This document shows positions 10,574-25,741 of a stretch of DNA of 64,000 bases, piece after piece. A program made the position numbers and the translations under genes. This stretch comes from Albugo candida (Eukaryota): the NCBI GenBank assembly GCA_040437565.1, contig JBDOQK010000045.1, positions 62,001 through 126,000 on the forward strand, read 5' to 3'. Under the pieces are notes generated by a model that made no database searches, had not been told where the DNA came from, and saw only the letters and a list, made by a program, of their open reading frames with translations. Positions within the stretch are counted from its first letter, which is position 1, and each line of letters begins with the position of its first letter.

Positions 10574-13500
10574 ACTCGGGTCTGTTCGGAAAAGTATCGA
10601 CTCAGCTCCTTCCTTAGCTACAGCAGGCTTCCAACACGCGTTGATATCCCAACGGATGCTTATCACTTTTTGGTGAATGATCTTGCTACACAAAATGAAG
10701 TATATCGACACCTTTGCAGTTGCCAGAAGCAAATCATGTGGATATTGGCAGGCATACGGAAGAACTTTTTTGTCAGCAAAGTCTTGAGTCCCTGGTCACA
10801 AACAATTCAATCATGGCTTCTTCGCGTGAGAGTGACTATTCCATGGATTCAGTATCAAGTACAATACACTTTTGCAATGATAGATCAGGAGAATAAGTCG
10901 CACGAGAAATGGATTATACTATGAAGCCCGACCAACTAGTGTTTTTCTGGATTCATGAGTACAACGAAAGAAATGTGATGATGATTGGGAGCTGAGAAAT
11001 GGTTCCGGCCTCTGCGGGGATAGCTGACTGCAGCGGTCGAAAAGAAGCGCCGTTCACCCGGACATACACTAATGGCTTACTCTGGATATGAAACCTATGA
11101 ATGTGTTTGGCGATTATTGACAAAGATCTCCAGAAAGCTGGGCACACTTTGCGGACAATCTCACGAATGGTGCAAGTCAAATTCGTTTCTTTGTCTACAA
11201 GGACAAGCATAACAAGGGAATGGACAATAAAGGCTGAATGCAAAGAAGAAGACCGAGACAAGCTCGTTCTGCTTTTCGCGTTATCGCAAATTCTCTCTCG
11301 GCTTTCTCGACATATTATGGTGAGAAGTCTCAGATTCCGGGTGTTATTAACAATACAACCTGACGCGCTACGTATTCTCTGTTTGCCGTCAAACGAAAAA
11401 GCTTTCTCTGTTCAGTTGATGCGCCGAATACGCGAATGTCAAATGTGGAGGACATTGCGATAGACGTCCTAATTTTGCCGGGAAATTACTGGATCAATAC
11501 CTCAGTAATGGAGCAAGTTGGAGTCGCGATATTGAAATTTGGCCATTTCGGTCGCATCTGTCAGAACGTGCTCTCGATTGCACCACAGATTAGGACGTCA
11601 AAGTGTGTGGCTTTATGACAACACTCTAGCGTACTAAAAATGTTACTTGTGATTTCTGTTGACGAGCGCCCGTTCCTGCGCGTGCAACGGCAGCGCGTCT
11701 GTGCATTTGATATCCGGCTTGAAGGAAGTAAGTCAAAATCTTGTCACAATCAACTCGGCCTTGCTCTTGCCGAACAGCATACGGCCACATATCGCTGTCG
11801 CTATCAAGTCACATGTTGGACGATACGTACTCCAAACCATCATGATGCGGATGGACCATAAAGAAGGCAACTGATGCGATTGTTGAAGGCATACTTTACC
11901 GATTTTGGAAGATGCGGCACAGCGGAAAGCATAATCAAGTTAGAGGATCTGGAGCCGGTTTGTTCGATAGATGTTCGGGTAGAAGTCTATGAGTTTGAAT
12001 ACTAGTCATGGGCATGAAGTTGTTCTCTCCACTGTACAAGCAAATGCAACTTCAATACATGGTTGCTTTAGTGTTTATTAAATGCTAGAGGTAGCTGAAA
12101 TGATATAATATGTTGTTAGAATATATCAATGCAAAGAGGTTTCTTTCAACCCTGTCGAACCCATCCGCGTGGTATAGAAGCGTGATGGAAGCCTTCATAC
12201 GACTGATTGCGGACTCTTTTCATTTGCCGCTATTGGATGCCACACGCGCACTTTACAATAATCTGTCAGCATGTGATCCTAGTCAGTCTTTGCCGCTGGT
12301 GGTGTAGAGAAATAGACAGCCATGTCTACCCATTTTCACACAAGGTGGCTCTCTGTGCAGTGATTATGGGAAATAGTACGTCCAGCCAAGTTCGTCTTCT
12401 CTATCATCGGGTGGGAGCCTGCAATAACCTTGAAATAATTCTGGATACCATCACTGTTGTGCGTTCTCGTCGGGGATAAGGAGCCCTATCAAGCGCGTGG
12501 CAGCTACAATTTTCGATGAGAGCTCATTCTATACGCCATGCCAGAATCGGCGCAGACTGTACGTATCCTTTATCGATCATTTTGGTCCCTGGAGGAGGAA
12601 ACAGAACCTGGAGAATCCCAAGTGTCTCAATAACTATCCCTTTCCAGTTTTCCCGATCGGCCCAAGAAGGTCAGAGCCTGCAGAGGTTCACAATAGACCG
12701 CCTCTACTTCAATCAAGCCACGACAAATGTGACACATCCGGGTTTGTCCTCCAGACCTGATAACTCGCCTTGTTGGTGTCCTAAGTGGAGTTGAATGATG
12801 ATACATAATTCAATAAGAAAGAGCGAGACAACGTGTACCTTAGCGACTACAATAATTGCTGAGCTTGTAAAGCTTGACAATGAGTGGCATCCAACCTTTG
12901 TAGGGGGTGCCTACAAGCTCACTGAGCGACAGCACTGTAACTGACGTCAAATAAAGAATGAGCGTTCAACGTTTCAATATACTTCAGACAAAACATTGGG
13001 TCCAGTAGAAAAGTTGTTGACGTCATAGGTATCGGTTGCACAACAAAGTAAACGGATATGCACACAAATATAGCCTATGTATTAAGATTCTTTACTTATC
13101 TCTTATACTGCAACGACAGCAATGCTGCTGTGGAAGACTCTTCGATTTCCATCTTTCAAACGCGTCCAATGCCACACAAAAGTTCAGCTGCTATTTTTCC
13201 TGGATTAATGATGGCCAAAGCCAGGGAAATTATCAAAATCTGGAGTACCACCTATTTGATTCGATTTGTCTTTCTTTAGCCCCTTGAATTGTTTGCTTAA
13301 TTTACCGTCACACATGTATGCGTTTATCCCAATGCAAATTGCAATAAAAAATTTCGTGTCCATTTGATGCGGCTGAAGAGTTGGCTTTCAAGTTGGTAGT
13401 TTTAGTTGTGTGGGATCTGAATGCGTCCATAAAGAAATTGCTCGACAATTGAGATTGAGATGGGGAGTATGGAAAAGATTTGCGAGGAGCTCCTCCGTAA

Positions 13501-13840
13501 TCATTTATAGGGTACTATAGCCTTTCTTGAAAACGACGCTTTTTAAATAAGATGAGCCCAAAATCAACTCTATACGCTCGCACCGATTTTTCAAAAAATT
13601 ATCGACATATGAAAAAATGTCTGATTCTGATCAAGTCGTTGTGCATGTAACAAGCGTATAAGGTAAGCTATCGCCATTCGAAATATCACACGCGACACCC
13701 TATCCCATCCAACGTGCGTAAGAAAGGGTAAGGAAAAAACTTCAACTTTGCAAGCACGGTAAGTACACCTTATAATTAGACGTGTACGGTACGAAGAATA
13801 GGTGTCTTTATTATTCATTCATCAATTCTAATCAGCGCCA

Positions 13841-14243
13841 ATGGAAAATTATCGTTGCAGGTTGCTTGGTCGCGCTTTTGTGGACTGTTTGGGCGACCTC
13901 ATAATCGATGAGAAGAGGATTTGGGTATGGACGAGAGTTTCAGAACAGAGATATTCTCCATATTTGAAGATGTAATGTCTACCAATTTTGAGCATGGGAA
14001 TATATCGTCTAAAAATGGTAGCAAGAACATCGCATCAAGGCCAGTTTATACTCATGAGCATCTGCATTTGTGAGGTCGGTCGAGCTGTCACACATGAACG
14101 TTATATGGAGGATTGGAGCGTGGAATCCTCATTTGACACAACTTCTTGCACGCATGCAGATTCATCACTTTTTATGTCGCTAGACCATATCCCACAAGCG
14201 CTTACTGAAGATGCGACGATTGTTATAAATCTTCATGGAGAAT
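13841..14243 (+). pseudogene. TFIIA-gamma-like copy 2, frameshifted
   Basis: Starts ATGGAAAATTATCGTTGC. A 1-nt deletion (GAGAAGAGGAT vs AAGAAAGAGGAT in copy 1) shifts the frame, and the terminal TGA is mutated to TGT. Confidence 0.7.
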
Positions 14244-15061
14244 GTACTCGGAAATGTCCGGAAAAGTATCGAGTCATCGCCTTTCTCAGCTGTATGCAGG
14301 ATTCCAACACGCTTCGATATCCCAACAGATGCTCATAACGCTGGGGGAGTAGTCACGCATCACAGAAAAGCATGATATTGACACCCTTGCAGTTGCCAGA
14401 AGCAAAACGTGAGTTCTTGGGTGAAACAATTGAACCATATCTTCCTTGCGTAAGAGCAAACTTGCCAGGGATTCAATCTCAAGTACACGGCAGTTTTGCA
14501 ATGATGGCTTGGGAGAATAAACAACGAGGAATGGATTTATCATAATGTCCGGCCGCATGCTAATGATAATCTGGATTTAAGAGTTCAATAGGAAAGAAGA
14601 GTGATTTGGAGCTGAGAAATGGCTGTGGCCTCATCAGAGATACCTGACGGCGTTGGTCGAAAAGAGGCGCCGCGTTCCCGGATATGTATTGTTGGCTAAC
14701 TCTGGATATAACAGCAGTGAACGTGTCTGGCGATCATGAAAAAAGCGCTTCAGGGAGTTGGGCGCACTTTGCGGACAATGCCACGAATGGTGCAAGTCAA
14801 ATTCTTCTTTCGTCTACAAGGAGAAGGATCACAAGGGACTGAAGTGGAGAATAATGGCTGAAATCAAAGTAGAATACCGAGGCAAGCTCGTCCGGCTTTT
14901 CGCGGTAAAGTAAATTTTCTCGCGGCTTTATCGACCCGTTGTGTATCAACAATACAACGTTACGCATTACGTCTTCTCTGTTGGCCGTTGACGTTAAAGC
15001 TTGCTCCGATTCAATTAATGTGCAGAATACGCTGATGTCAATGGTATGATTAGCTGTCTGC

Positions 15062-15103
15062 GAAGCGGTTGGTGAAGCGGTTGGTGAAGCGGTTGGTGAA
15101 GCG
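15062..15103 (+). repeat. 12-bp tandem repeat (GAAGCGGTTGGT) x~3.5
   Basis: Local expansion in unit 2 only; units 3 and 4 carry a single related copy. Confidence 0.85.
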
Positions 15104-17776
15104 CTATCTAAGTTGCCCATGATTTCGTGCGGGAAAAATGCGATTCACAATAACTGGTCAGGTGTGGAGGACATTGCAAAAAGCATCCTAACTTTGCTGG
15201 AAGATTACCGAATCAATACCTCAGGAACAGAGCAAGCTGGACTCGCGACATTGGAATTAGGCCGCTTCAGAGCATCTGCCAGAGCGAGACTGAGATGATT
15301 GGAATCAAAGTATTGTTTACAACAGAGGAATTGTGTAGTGAGATCTCTTCTGCAAACGTGCTCTCGATGCAACATAGATTGGGACGTCGAAGCGTATGGC
15401 TTTATGGCAAGATCTAGCGTACTAGATTTGCTACTTGTGATTTCTGCTGACGAGCGCCCATTTCTGCGCATACAATGGCAGCGCGTCTGTGCACTTGATA
15501 TCCGGCCTGAACTAAGTAAGTCACAATCTTGTCACAATCAACTCGGCCTTGCTCTTGCCGAAAGACATACGGCCACATATCGCTGTCGTTATCAAGTCAC
15601 ATGTTGGACGATACGTACTCCAAACCATTATGATGCGTATGGACCATGAAGAAGGCAACTGATGCGATTGTTGAAGGCATACTTTACCGATTTTGGAAGA
15701 TGGGGCACAGCGGAAAGCATAATCAAGTTAGAGGATCTGGAGCCGGTTTGTTCGATAGATGTTCGAGTAGAATTGCGCGACTATGAGCTTAAGAACTAGT
15801 CATTGGCATGTACTTCTTCTCTTCATTGAAACTTCACACTTGATTGAGCAAATTCGCTTATTCCAGCTAGTTACCCCTGCAGTATTATTCTGGTCTCTGA
15901 AAGGATAAGGCAACACCACAATAGAGAGCCGCTCTGTAAACTAATGATAACACCATTCAAGGCAGAATGAGAGTATTTTTGAAGTTAATCAAATCGCTTG
16001 GAACTTCAATGCAACTTTCGATAGCTTCACTTTGTATTAGCTTTTAGAGTTAGATACAATGACATAATACTTAGATAGAATATAACAATCTAATGAGCTT
16101 TCCTTGAACCGGGTAGCGTGGAAGCCTTAATACGACTGATTGAAAATTCCTCTCAAACGGCGCTATTGTATTCACGCGATCACGTTGCAGTAACCCATAA
16201 ACATGTGATCCTTATCAGTCTTTGCCGCTAGTCGAGAGAAATAGAAAGCCATGTCTATCTATTTCCACACAAGGTAACTCTCTATGCAGTGATTATGGAA
16301 AATAATACGTCCAGCCAAGTTCGTCTTCTTTATCATAGAATGGTCAATGCGATAAGCTTAAAATCATTGCTAGATACCATTCGCGTTGTGCGTTCTTATC
16401 GAGGATAAGGAGCCTGCCAAGCACGTTGCAACCACGCTTTACCATGAGAGCTCAATCTATCCGCCATGCCAGAATCTGCGCAGAGTATACGTATCCTTTA
16501 TCGATCATTTTGGTCCCTGGAGGAGGAGAAGACAGAACCTGGAGAATCCCAAGTGTCTCAATAACTATCCCTTTCCAGTTTTCCCGATCGGCCCGAGAAG
16601 GTCAGAACCTGCAGAGGTTCACAATAGACCGCCTCTACTTCCATCAAGCCACGACAAATGTGACACATCCGGGTTTGTCCTCCAGACCTGATAACTCACC
16701 TTGTCGGTGTCTTAAGTGGAGTTGAATGATGATACATAATTTCATAAGAAAGAGCGAGACGGCGTGTACCTTAGCAATTACAATGATTGCTAAGCTTGTA
16801 AAGCTTGACAATGAGTGGTGTCCAGTCTTTGTCGGGGGTGCCTACAAGCTCAATGAGCGGCAGCACTGTAATTGACGGCAGATAAAGAATGAGCGTTCAA
16901 CGTTTCGGAAGTACTTTAGATAAAACATTGGGTCCAGTAGAAGAGTTGTTGACGTCATAGGTATCGGTTGCACAACAATGTAAACGGATATGCACACAAA
17001 TATAGCTTATTTATTAAGATTCTTTACTTGTCTCATATACTGCAACGACAACAATGCTGCTGTGGAAGACTCTTCGAATTCCATCTTTCAAACGCGTCCA
17101 AGAGTTCAGCTGCTGTTTGTGCTGGATTAATAATGGCCAAAGCCAGGAAGATTACCAGAACCTGCAGAAGAGCCTGCTTGATGCAATTTGTCTTTCTTTA
17201 GCCCCTTGAATTGTTTGCTTGATTCACCGTCGCACATGTATGCGCTTATTCCAATGCAAATTGCAATAAAGAGTTTCTTGTTCATTTGACGCAGCTGAAG
17301 AGTGGGATTTTGAGTTGGTGGTTTTCGTTGCCTGAAATCTGAATGCGTCCAAAAAAAATTGCTCGACAATTGAGTCTGAGATAGGAGTATGAAATGATTG
17401 TGCGAGGAGCTCCTTCGTAATGATTTATGGGATAATATGCCCTTCTTGAAAAATACTCTGTTATAATAACTAGTCTGCTCGAGCCCAAAATCATTCTATA
17501 CGCTCGCACCAGTTTTCCAAACATTTCCAACATGCGAAACATGTCTGATTCTGATCAAGTCGTTGTGCATGTAAAAAGCGCATAACGTAACGAGTTGCTG
17601 TTCCAACATGACAGCGAGACCCTATCCTATTCAACATACGGAAAGAAAGAACGGGTAAGAAGAAAATTTCCTGTTGCAAGCACGAACCGCCTTTAAATTG
17701 GACGTGCACGGTACTAAGAATACGTGGATAAATTATATTTACTCAACGGCTCGTACATCGGTACACATCAGCGCAA

Positions 17777-18174
17777 ATGGAGAAATATCGCTGCAGTTTG
17801 TTTGGTCGCGGTCTTGCCGACTGTCTGCAACTTCATAGTTGAAGAGAAAGAGAGTTTGGGTATGGATGAGAGTTTTGGAACAGATATTCTCCATATTTGA
17901 TGATGTAATGTCCACCTACTTTGAGCATGGAGAAATGTCTTCTGACAATGGTAGCGGGAACATCGCATCAAGACCAGTTTATGCACATGATCATCCGCAT
18001 TTGGCTGGTCGATCCGTCACACGTAATCGTTATATGGAGGATTGGAGCCTGGAAGCCTCATTTTACACAACTTCTTGTACGCATGCAGATTTATCACTCT
18101 TCATATCGCTAGGCCATATCCCACAAGCGCTCACTGGAGATGCGGCGATTCTTTTAAAGCTTCATGGAGAATGA
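17777..18174 (+). pseudogene. TFIIA-gamma-like copy 3, frameshifted
   Basis: ATGGAGAAATATCGCTGC...; a deletion after GACTGT gives an early TGA. The downstream part (QIFSIFDDVMSTYFEHG...KLHGE*) is still recognisable in ORF 17839-18174. Confidence 0.7.
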
Positions 18175-21100
18175 AAACGGAAGTGCCCGGAAAAGGATTG
18201 ACCCAACGCCTTCCTCAGCTGTATGCAGGCTGCTAGCACGCTTTGATATTTCAACGGATGCTTATAACTTTGGGTTCATGATCTCGCTACACAAAAATAA
18301 AGTACAATATCGACACCTTTGTAGCTGCCAGAAGCAAATCATATGAATTTTGGAAAGCATACGAAAGAAGTCTCTTTCAGTGATGTCCTGAGTTCTTGGT
18401 CTCAAACAATTAATCGTTTCCTCATGCGTGAAAGTGACTTCTCCATGGATTCATTTCTCAAGCACAATACACTTTTGCAATGATGGCTCGGGAAAAGAAG
18501 TGCAAGAGAAATGGATTATAGTATGAAGCCCGACCAACTATCTGGATTTATGAGTTCGACGAAAGAAATGTGATGATGATTGGGAGCTGAGAAATGGTTC
18601 CGGCGTCAGCGGGGATATCTGACGGCAGCGGTCGGAAAGAAGCGCCGTTTCGCCCGGACACATAGTAATGCCCGACTCTGGATATAAAGCCTGTGAGGGT
18701 GTTTGGCGATCATGAACAGAGCTCTTCAGAAAGTTGGGCGCACTTTTATGAACAATATCACGAATGGTGCAAGTCACATTTGTTCCTCTGTATGGGCGAT
18801 GAAGCATAACAAGGGAATGGACAATAAAGACTGAATTCAAAGAAGAAATACCGAGGCAAATCCGCTCAGCTTTCCGCGTTATCGAAAAATCATTCATAGC
18901 TTTATCGACACATCATGGTTAGAAATTTCAGACTACGGGTGCTATCAACCATCCAGCCTCACGCGCTACGTATTCTCTGCTGGCCGTTAAGTTGATGCGC
19001 ATAATATATAACGGATGTCAATGGTATGGTTAGCTTTCTATGAAGCGGTCGGTAAAGCGCTATTCAAGGTGCTCATGATCTTGCGCGAGAAAAATGCGAT
19101 TCAACTGTGGAGGACATTGCAATAGCCATCCTAGCTTTGCTGGAAGATTACTGAATCAATACCTCAGGAATGAAGCATGTTGGAGTCGTGATATTGGAAT
19201 TTGGTCATTTCGGTCGCATTTGATACCCGGCTTGAAGTAAGTAAGTCACAATCCTGCCACAATCAACTCGGCCTTGCTCTAGCCGAACGACATACGGCCA
19301 TATGTCGCTGTCGTTATCAAGCCACATCCGGACTTTACGTACTCTAAAGCAATATGATGCGGAAAGATTATAAAGAAAGGAACTGATTGCGATTTTTGAA
19401 GGCATACTAATCGAAATTGGAAGATGCGGTACAGCGGAAAGCATAATCAAGTGGGAGGATCTGGAGCCGGTTTCTTTGATAGAAGTTCGGGTCGAAGTGC
19501 GCGACTATGAGTTTGATTCCTAGTCATGGGCATGAAGTCGTCCTCTTCATGGTTACTATACTCTTGATTGAGCAGATTTCGCTCATTCCAGCTAGATACG
19601 TCTACAGCATATCCTGGCCTTTAGAAAGATAAGGCAACATCACAATAGAGGCCCACTGTGTACAAGTAATAATAAACCCAAGGCAGCATGGAGTAATATC
19701 TCTCAAGTTATTTTGCCTGCAACTTTTCGTAGCTTCACTTTGTATTAGCTTCCAGAGGTAGCTTTAATGATCTAATACTTAGATAGAATATATTAATCTA
19801 CAGCGGTTTCTTAGAACCGGGTAGACCCATCCGCATAGTATGCTACCGTGGTGGAAGCATTCATACGATTGATTCTCAAATGCCACAATTGAACTCACGC
19901 GACACCTCACAATAACCCATTAGCATGCGATTTCAGTCATTCTTTGCGGTTGATGGTCAAGAGAAATAGAAAGCCTTGTCTATGCATCCATTTCTTCACA
20001 CAAGATCCACTCGGCAAGCTGCTTATATACTCCAACTCTCTAATGGGGAATCGTACTTCCAGCCGAGTATATCTTCTCTGTGATAGGTTGATCAATTGCG
20101 ATAAGCTTGATTTCATTGCTAGATACCGTTCCCGCTGCGTGTTCTCATAGAGGATAAGGAGCCCTACCAAGCACTTTGCAGCTACAATTTACCATGAGAG
20201 CTGATTCCATCCGCCGTACGAAAAACTGGGCAGAGTGTACGTATTCTTTATCAATCATTCGCGGTCACCAGAGGAGAACACAGGGCTCCGAAGCGTCTAA
20301 ATAACTATTCTTTTTCAGTTTCCCCGATTGCCTTAAGCAGGTCAGAACCTGCAGAGATTCACAATGGACCGGATTACTTCCATGAAGCCAAGAGAAATGT
20401 GACACAGTACGGGGTCTGTCTTCCAGATCAGATAACTCGTCTCATCGGTGTCCTTAAGTAGAGTGAATGAGGATACATACTTTAAGAGGATATAGCGAGA
20501 CAGCGTGTACCTAAGCGTTCTAAATGATGCTGAAGCTTGCCAAATTTGACAATGAGTGGCAACCAATCTTTAGCTGGGGTGCCTACAAGCTCATTGTGCG
20601 ATAGCAATGTACTTGACGTCAAGTAGAGGATGCGCGTTTAGCGCTGGACTTAGGGTGGACAAAACACTCGGTACGGCAGAAGATTTGTTGACGTCACAGG
20701 TATCGGTTTCGCGACAAAGTAAACGAATTTACACACAAATGTAGTTTTTTGATGAATTTCTTTACTTATTCCATTAATTGCAACGACAACAGTGCTTTAG
20801 TGACGAAGACTCTTCGATTTTCTATCTTCGAAACACGCCGATGCCGCACGAAAGTTCAGTTGCTGTTTTTGCTGGATTAATGGTAGCCATAGTCGGGAAA
20901 AACGGCGAACTTTGAGATATCACTATCATTACGTTTGTCTGGCACTAGCTCCCCGACTGGGACGTTGCTTCCACTGTCACACATGCATGCGTGTATCCTA
21001 ATGCAGATTGCAATGAGTAATCTCGTGTCCATTTGATGCGGCTGAAGAGTTGGCTTTCAAGTTGGTACTTTTAGTTGTGTGAGATCTGAATGCGTCCATA

Positions 21101-21477
21101 AAGAAATTGCTCGACAATTGAGATCGAGATGGGGAGTATGGAAAAGGTATGCGAGGAGCTCCTCCGTAATCATTCATAGGGTACTACGGCCTTTCTTGAA
21201 AACGACGCTTTTAAAATAACATGAGCCCAAAATCAACTCTATACGCTCGCACCGAATTTTCAAAATATTTTCAACATATGAAAACATGTCTCATCATGAT
21301 CAAGTCGTTGTGCATGTAACAAGCGTATAACGTAAGCTATCGCCATTCGAAATATCACACGCGACACCCTATCCCATTCAACGTGCGGAAGAAAGGGTAA
21401 GGAGGAAATTTCAAGTTTGTGTACGCTGCGAAGAATAGGTGCCTTTATTATTCATTCATCAATTCTGATCAGCGCCA

Positions 21478-21823
21478 ATGGAAAATTATCGTTGCAGTTT
21501 GCTTGGTCGCGCTTTTGTGGACTGTTTGTGCGACCTCATAATCGATGAGAAGAGGATTTGGGTATGGACGAGAGTTTCAGAACAGACATATTCTCTATAT
21601 TTGATGATGTAATGTCTACCTATTTTGAGCATGGGAACATATCGTCTAACAATGGCGGCAAGAACATCGCATCAAGACCAGTTTATACATATGACCATAT
21701 GCACTTGTGTGGTCGGTCGAGGTGTCACACATGAATGTTACATGGAGGATTGGAGCGTAGAAGCCTCATTTGACACAACTACTGAAGATGCGACGATTCT
21801 TATAAAGATTCATGGAGAATGTA
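21478..21823 (+). pseudogene. TFIIA-gamma-like copy 4, frameshifted and internally deleted
   Basis: Shares the 1-nt deletion and TGA>TGT change with copy 2, and has an extra deletion after GACACAACT. Confidence 0.7.
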
Positions 21824-24800
21824 CTCGGAAATGTCCGGAAAAGTATCGAGTCATCGCCTTTCTCAGTTGTATGCAGGATTCCAACACGCTTACAGAAAAG
21901 CATGATGTCGACACCCTTGCAGTTGCCAGAAGCAAACCGTGAGTTCTTGGGTCAAACAATTGAACCATGTCTTCCTTGCGTGAGAGCAAACTTGCTAGGG
22001 ATTCAATCCCAAGTACACGACAGTTTTTGCAATGATGGCTGGGGAGAAAAAAACAACGAGGAATGGATTGTATCATGAAATCCGGCCGCATGCTAATGAT
22101 AATCTGGATTTATGAGTTCAATAGGAAAGAAGAGTGATTTGGAGCTGAGAAATGGTTGTGGCCTCATCAGAGATATCTGACGGCGTTGGTCGAAAAGAAG
22201 CGCTGCGTTCCCGGATATGTACTATTGGCTAACTCTGAATATAACACCAGTGAACGTGTCTGGCGATCATGGATAAAAGCGCTCCAGGGAGTTGGGCGCT
22301 TTTTTGCGGACAATGTCACGAATGGTGCACGTCAAATTCGTTTCTTTGTTTGCAAGGACAAGTACAACAAGAGAATGGTCAATGAAGGCTGAATATAGAG
22401 CAACAATACCGAGGCAATTTCGTTGGACTTTTTGCGTCGCTGTAAAATCTCTCGCGACGTTATCGACACATTATGGTGAGAAGTCTCAGACTCCGGGTGT
22501 TATCAACAATACAACGTTACGCTCTACGTGTTTTCTGCTGGTCATTACACGAAAAAGCTTGCTCCGATTCAGTTAATCTGCAAGATACGCGGATGTCAAT
22601 GGTATGGTAGCTGTCTTTGAAGCGTTCGGTAAAGCGCTATCTCAGGTCCCCATGACCTTGCGCGAGAAAAATGCGATTCTGAAAAACGATTTAACTACGG
22701 AGGAGATTGCAATAGTCATCTTAGCTTTGCTGGAGGATTACTGAATCAATACCTCAGGAATGGAACAAGTTGGACTCGTGACAATTTTGGGTCACATCGA
22801 TCGCATCTGTCAGAACGAGATTGAGATGGTTGGAATCAGATTATCGTTGACAGCAGAGGAATTTTGTAAGGAGATCTCTTCCGCAAACGTGCTCTCGATT
22901 GCACCATAGATTGGGACGTCGAAGCGTATGGCTTTATGGCAACATTCTAGCGTACTAGATTTGTTACTTGTGATTTCTGTTGACGAGCGCCCATTTCTGC
23001 GCGTGCAACGGCAGCGCGTCTGTGCATTTGATATCCGGCTTGAAGGAAGTAAGTCACAATCTTGTCACAATCAAGTCGGCCTTGCTCTTGCCGAACGACA
23101 TACGGCCATATATCGCTGTCGCTATCAAGTCACATGTTGGACGATACGTACTCCAAACCATCATGATGCGGATGGACCATAAAGAAGGCAACTGATGCGA
23201 TTGTTGAAGGCATATTTTGCCGATTTTGGAAGATGTGGCACTGCGGAAAGCATAATCAAGTTGACCCGATATCTTCGACAGATGTTCAGGTAGAAGTCTA
23301 TGAGTTTGGGTACTAGTCATGGGCATAAAGTCATTCTCTACAAAGATGCTGCCTCTTGATCAAGCAGACTTCACTCATTCCATAGCTACGCCTGCAGCAA
23401 TATCCTGACCTCTAGAAAGATAGCGCAAAGACTTAATAGAGGCTGACTGTGTACAAGCAATTATAAACCCATTCAAGGCAGAACAGAGATATTTTTTTTC
23501 ACGTGCAACTTTTGATAGCGCTTCTTTGTACTAAATGCTGGAGGTAGGTGAATTGATAAAATATGTTGATAGAATATATCAATGCAAAGAGGCTTCTTTC
23601 AACCCTGTTGAACCCATCCGCATGGTATACAAACGTGGTGGAAGCTTTTATACGACTGATTGCGGATTTTTCTCATTTGCCGCATTTGAATGCCACGCAA
23701 GCAATTTACGATAATCCACCAGCATGTAACCCTAGTCAGTCTTTCCCGCTGGTGATCGTGAGAAATAGAAAGCCATCTCTTTCCATTATCACACAAGATC
23801 CACTTGGCAAACCGCTTCTAGATTCTAAGTTTCTATGCAGTGAAGATGAGCAGTAGTACGTCCATCCAAGTTCGTCTTCTCCATCATATGATGGTCAACT
23901 GCGATAAGCCTGATTACATTGCTAGATACCATTACTGTTGCGCGTTCTCATCGAGGATAAGGAGCCCTATCAAGCACGTTGCAGCTACAATTTACCATGA
24001 GAGCTCATTGTATCCGCCATACCAAAATATGCGAAGAGTGTACGTATCCTTTATCGATCATTCTGGTCACCTGAGGAGCGAACAGAACCCAGAGGCTCCC
24101 AAGCGTCTCAGTAACTATTCCTTTCCAGTTTTCCAGATCAACCCAAGCAGGTTAGAACCCGCAGAGGTTCACAATGGACCGGTTTTACTTTCATCAAAGC
24201 AAGACAAATGTGACACAGTACGGGATTTGTCTCCAGATCAGATACCTCGCCCCATCGGTGTCTTCAAGTGGAGTTGAATGATGATACATAGTTCAATAAG
24301 AAAGAGCGAGACAGCGTGTAAGACAGCGTGTACCTTAGCGATCACGATGATGCTGAAGCTTGTAAAGCTTGACAATGAGTGGCAGCCAATCTCTGGCCGG
24401 GGTGCCGATAAGCTCATTGTGCGATTAGCAATGTAGTTGACGTCAAATAGAGGATGAGCGTTTAACGTCTGGATGTACAGTACTGTAGACAAAGCATTTG
24501 GTACAGTAGAAGTTTTGTTGACGTCACAGGTATCAGTTGCGTGGCAAAGGAAACAAATGTGCACACAAATGTATTTTGTTGATGAGTATCTTCATTTATT
24601 CCATTAATTGCAACGACAAGAATGCTATAAGGAGGATGACTCTTCGATTTTCCATCTTCCAAACGCACCCGATGCCCACAAAAGTGCAGCTGCTAATTAT
24701 GCGGGTTTAATAAGGGCCATAGCCGGGAAGATGAGTAACGTTGAGTTGACGGGCTTGGTGAGGTTGTGCTATCGCTTGCTTCTTGAATGAGTCTCCACCG

Positions 24801-25350
24801 TCACACATACACGCGTTTATCCCAATGCAGAGTGCAATAAGTACTTTCGTGTCCATTTGATGCGGCTGAAAAGTTGGCTTTCTAGTTGTTGATTTTCGTT
24901 GTGTGAGATTCGAATGCGTCCAAAAAGATACTGCTCGACGATTAGGTTTGATTTAGGGAGTATGGAAAGGATGTGCGAGGAGCTCCACCGCGGTAATTCA
25001 TAAGGTAATACAGCCTTTCTTGAAAAATACTCTGTTTTAGTAACAAATTTGGTAGAGCCCAAAATCGATTCTATACGCTCACACCGATTTTCACGATACT
25101 TCCACGATACGTTAACATGTCTGATTTTGATCAAGTCGTTGTGCATGTAATAAGCTCATAACGTAAGGAGTTGCCGTTTGAGACATGAAAAGCGACACCC
25201 TATCCCATCCAACGTACGGAAGAAAGAACGGGTCAGGAGAAAAATTTGGGCGATACGCCTTCAATTTAGACGTGCACGGTACTAAGAATTAGCAGTTGAA
25301 TTTTCATCCGACAGCGTCGAGATTTCGTATATTAACTCTAATAAGCGCCA

Positions 25351-25741
25351 ATGGAGAAATATCACTGCAGTCTACTTGGACGCGCTCTTGCCGACTGTTG
25401 ATGCAACCCTATAGTCGAAGAGAAAGAGGATTTGGGTATGGACGAGAGTTTCGGAACAGAGATCTTCTCCATCTTTGATGATGTGATGTCCACCTACTCT
25501 GAGTATGGAGAAATGTCTTCTGACAATGGTAGGAAGAAATCGCATCAATACCAGTTTACACACATGAGCATGTACGTTTGGTCGGTCGATCTGCACACAG
25601 AACCGTTACATGGAGGATTGGAGCCTGGAAGCCTCATTCAACACAGATTCTTCAGAGTCATCGCACTCCATGTCGCTTGACCATATCCCACAAGCGCTCA
25701 CTGAAGATGTGACGATTCTTATGAAGCTTCATGGAGATTGA
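25351..25741 (+). pseudogene. TFIIA-gamma-like copy 5, premature stop
   Basis: ATG GAG AAA TAT CAC TGC...GAC TGT TGA gives an in-frame stop. GMDESFGTEIFSIFDDVMS is retained downstream, followed by further frameshifts. Confidence 0.7.

Noticed and set aside
14797-15120. ORF with SPTA repeats suggesting a mucin-like protein
   Set aside because: It arises from a 12-bp slippage expansion in one array unit and is not conserved in the others.
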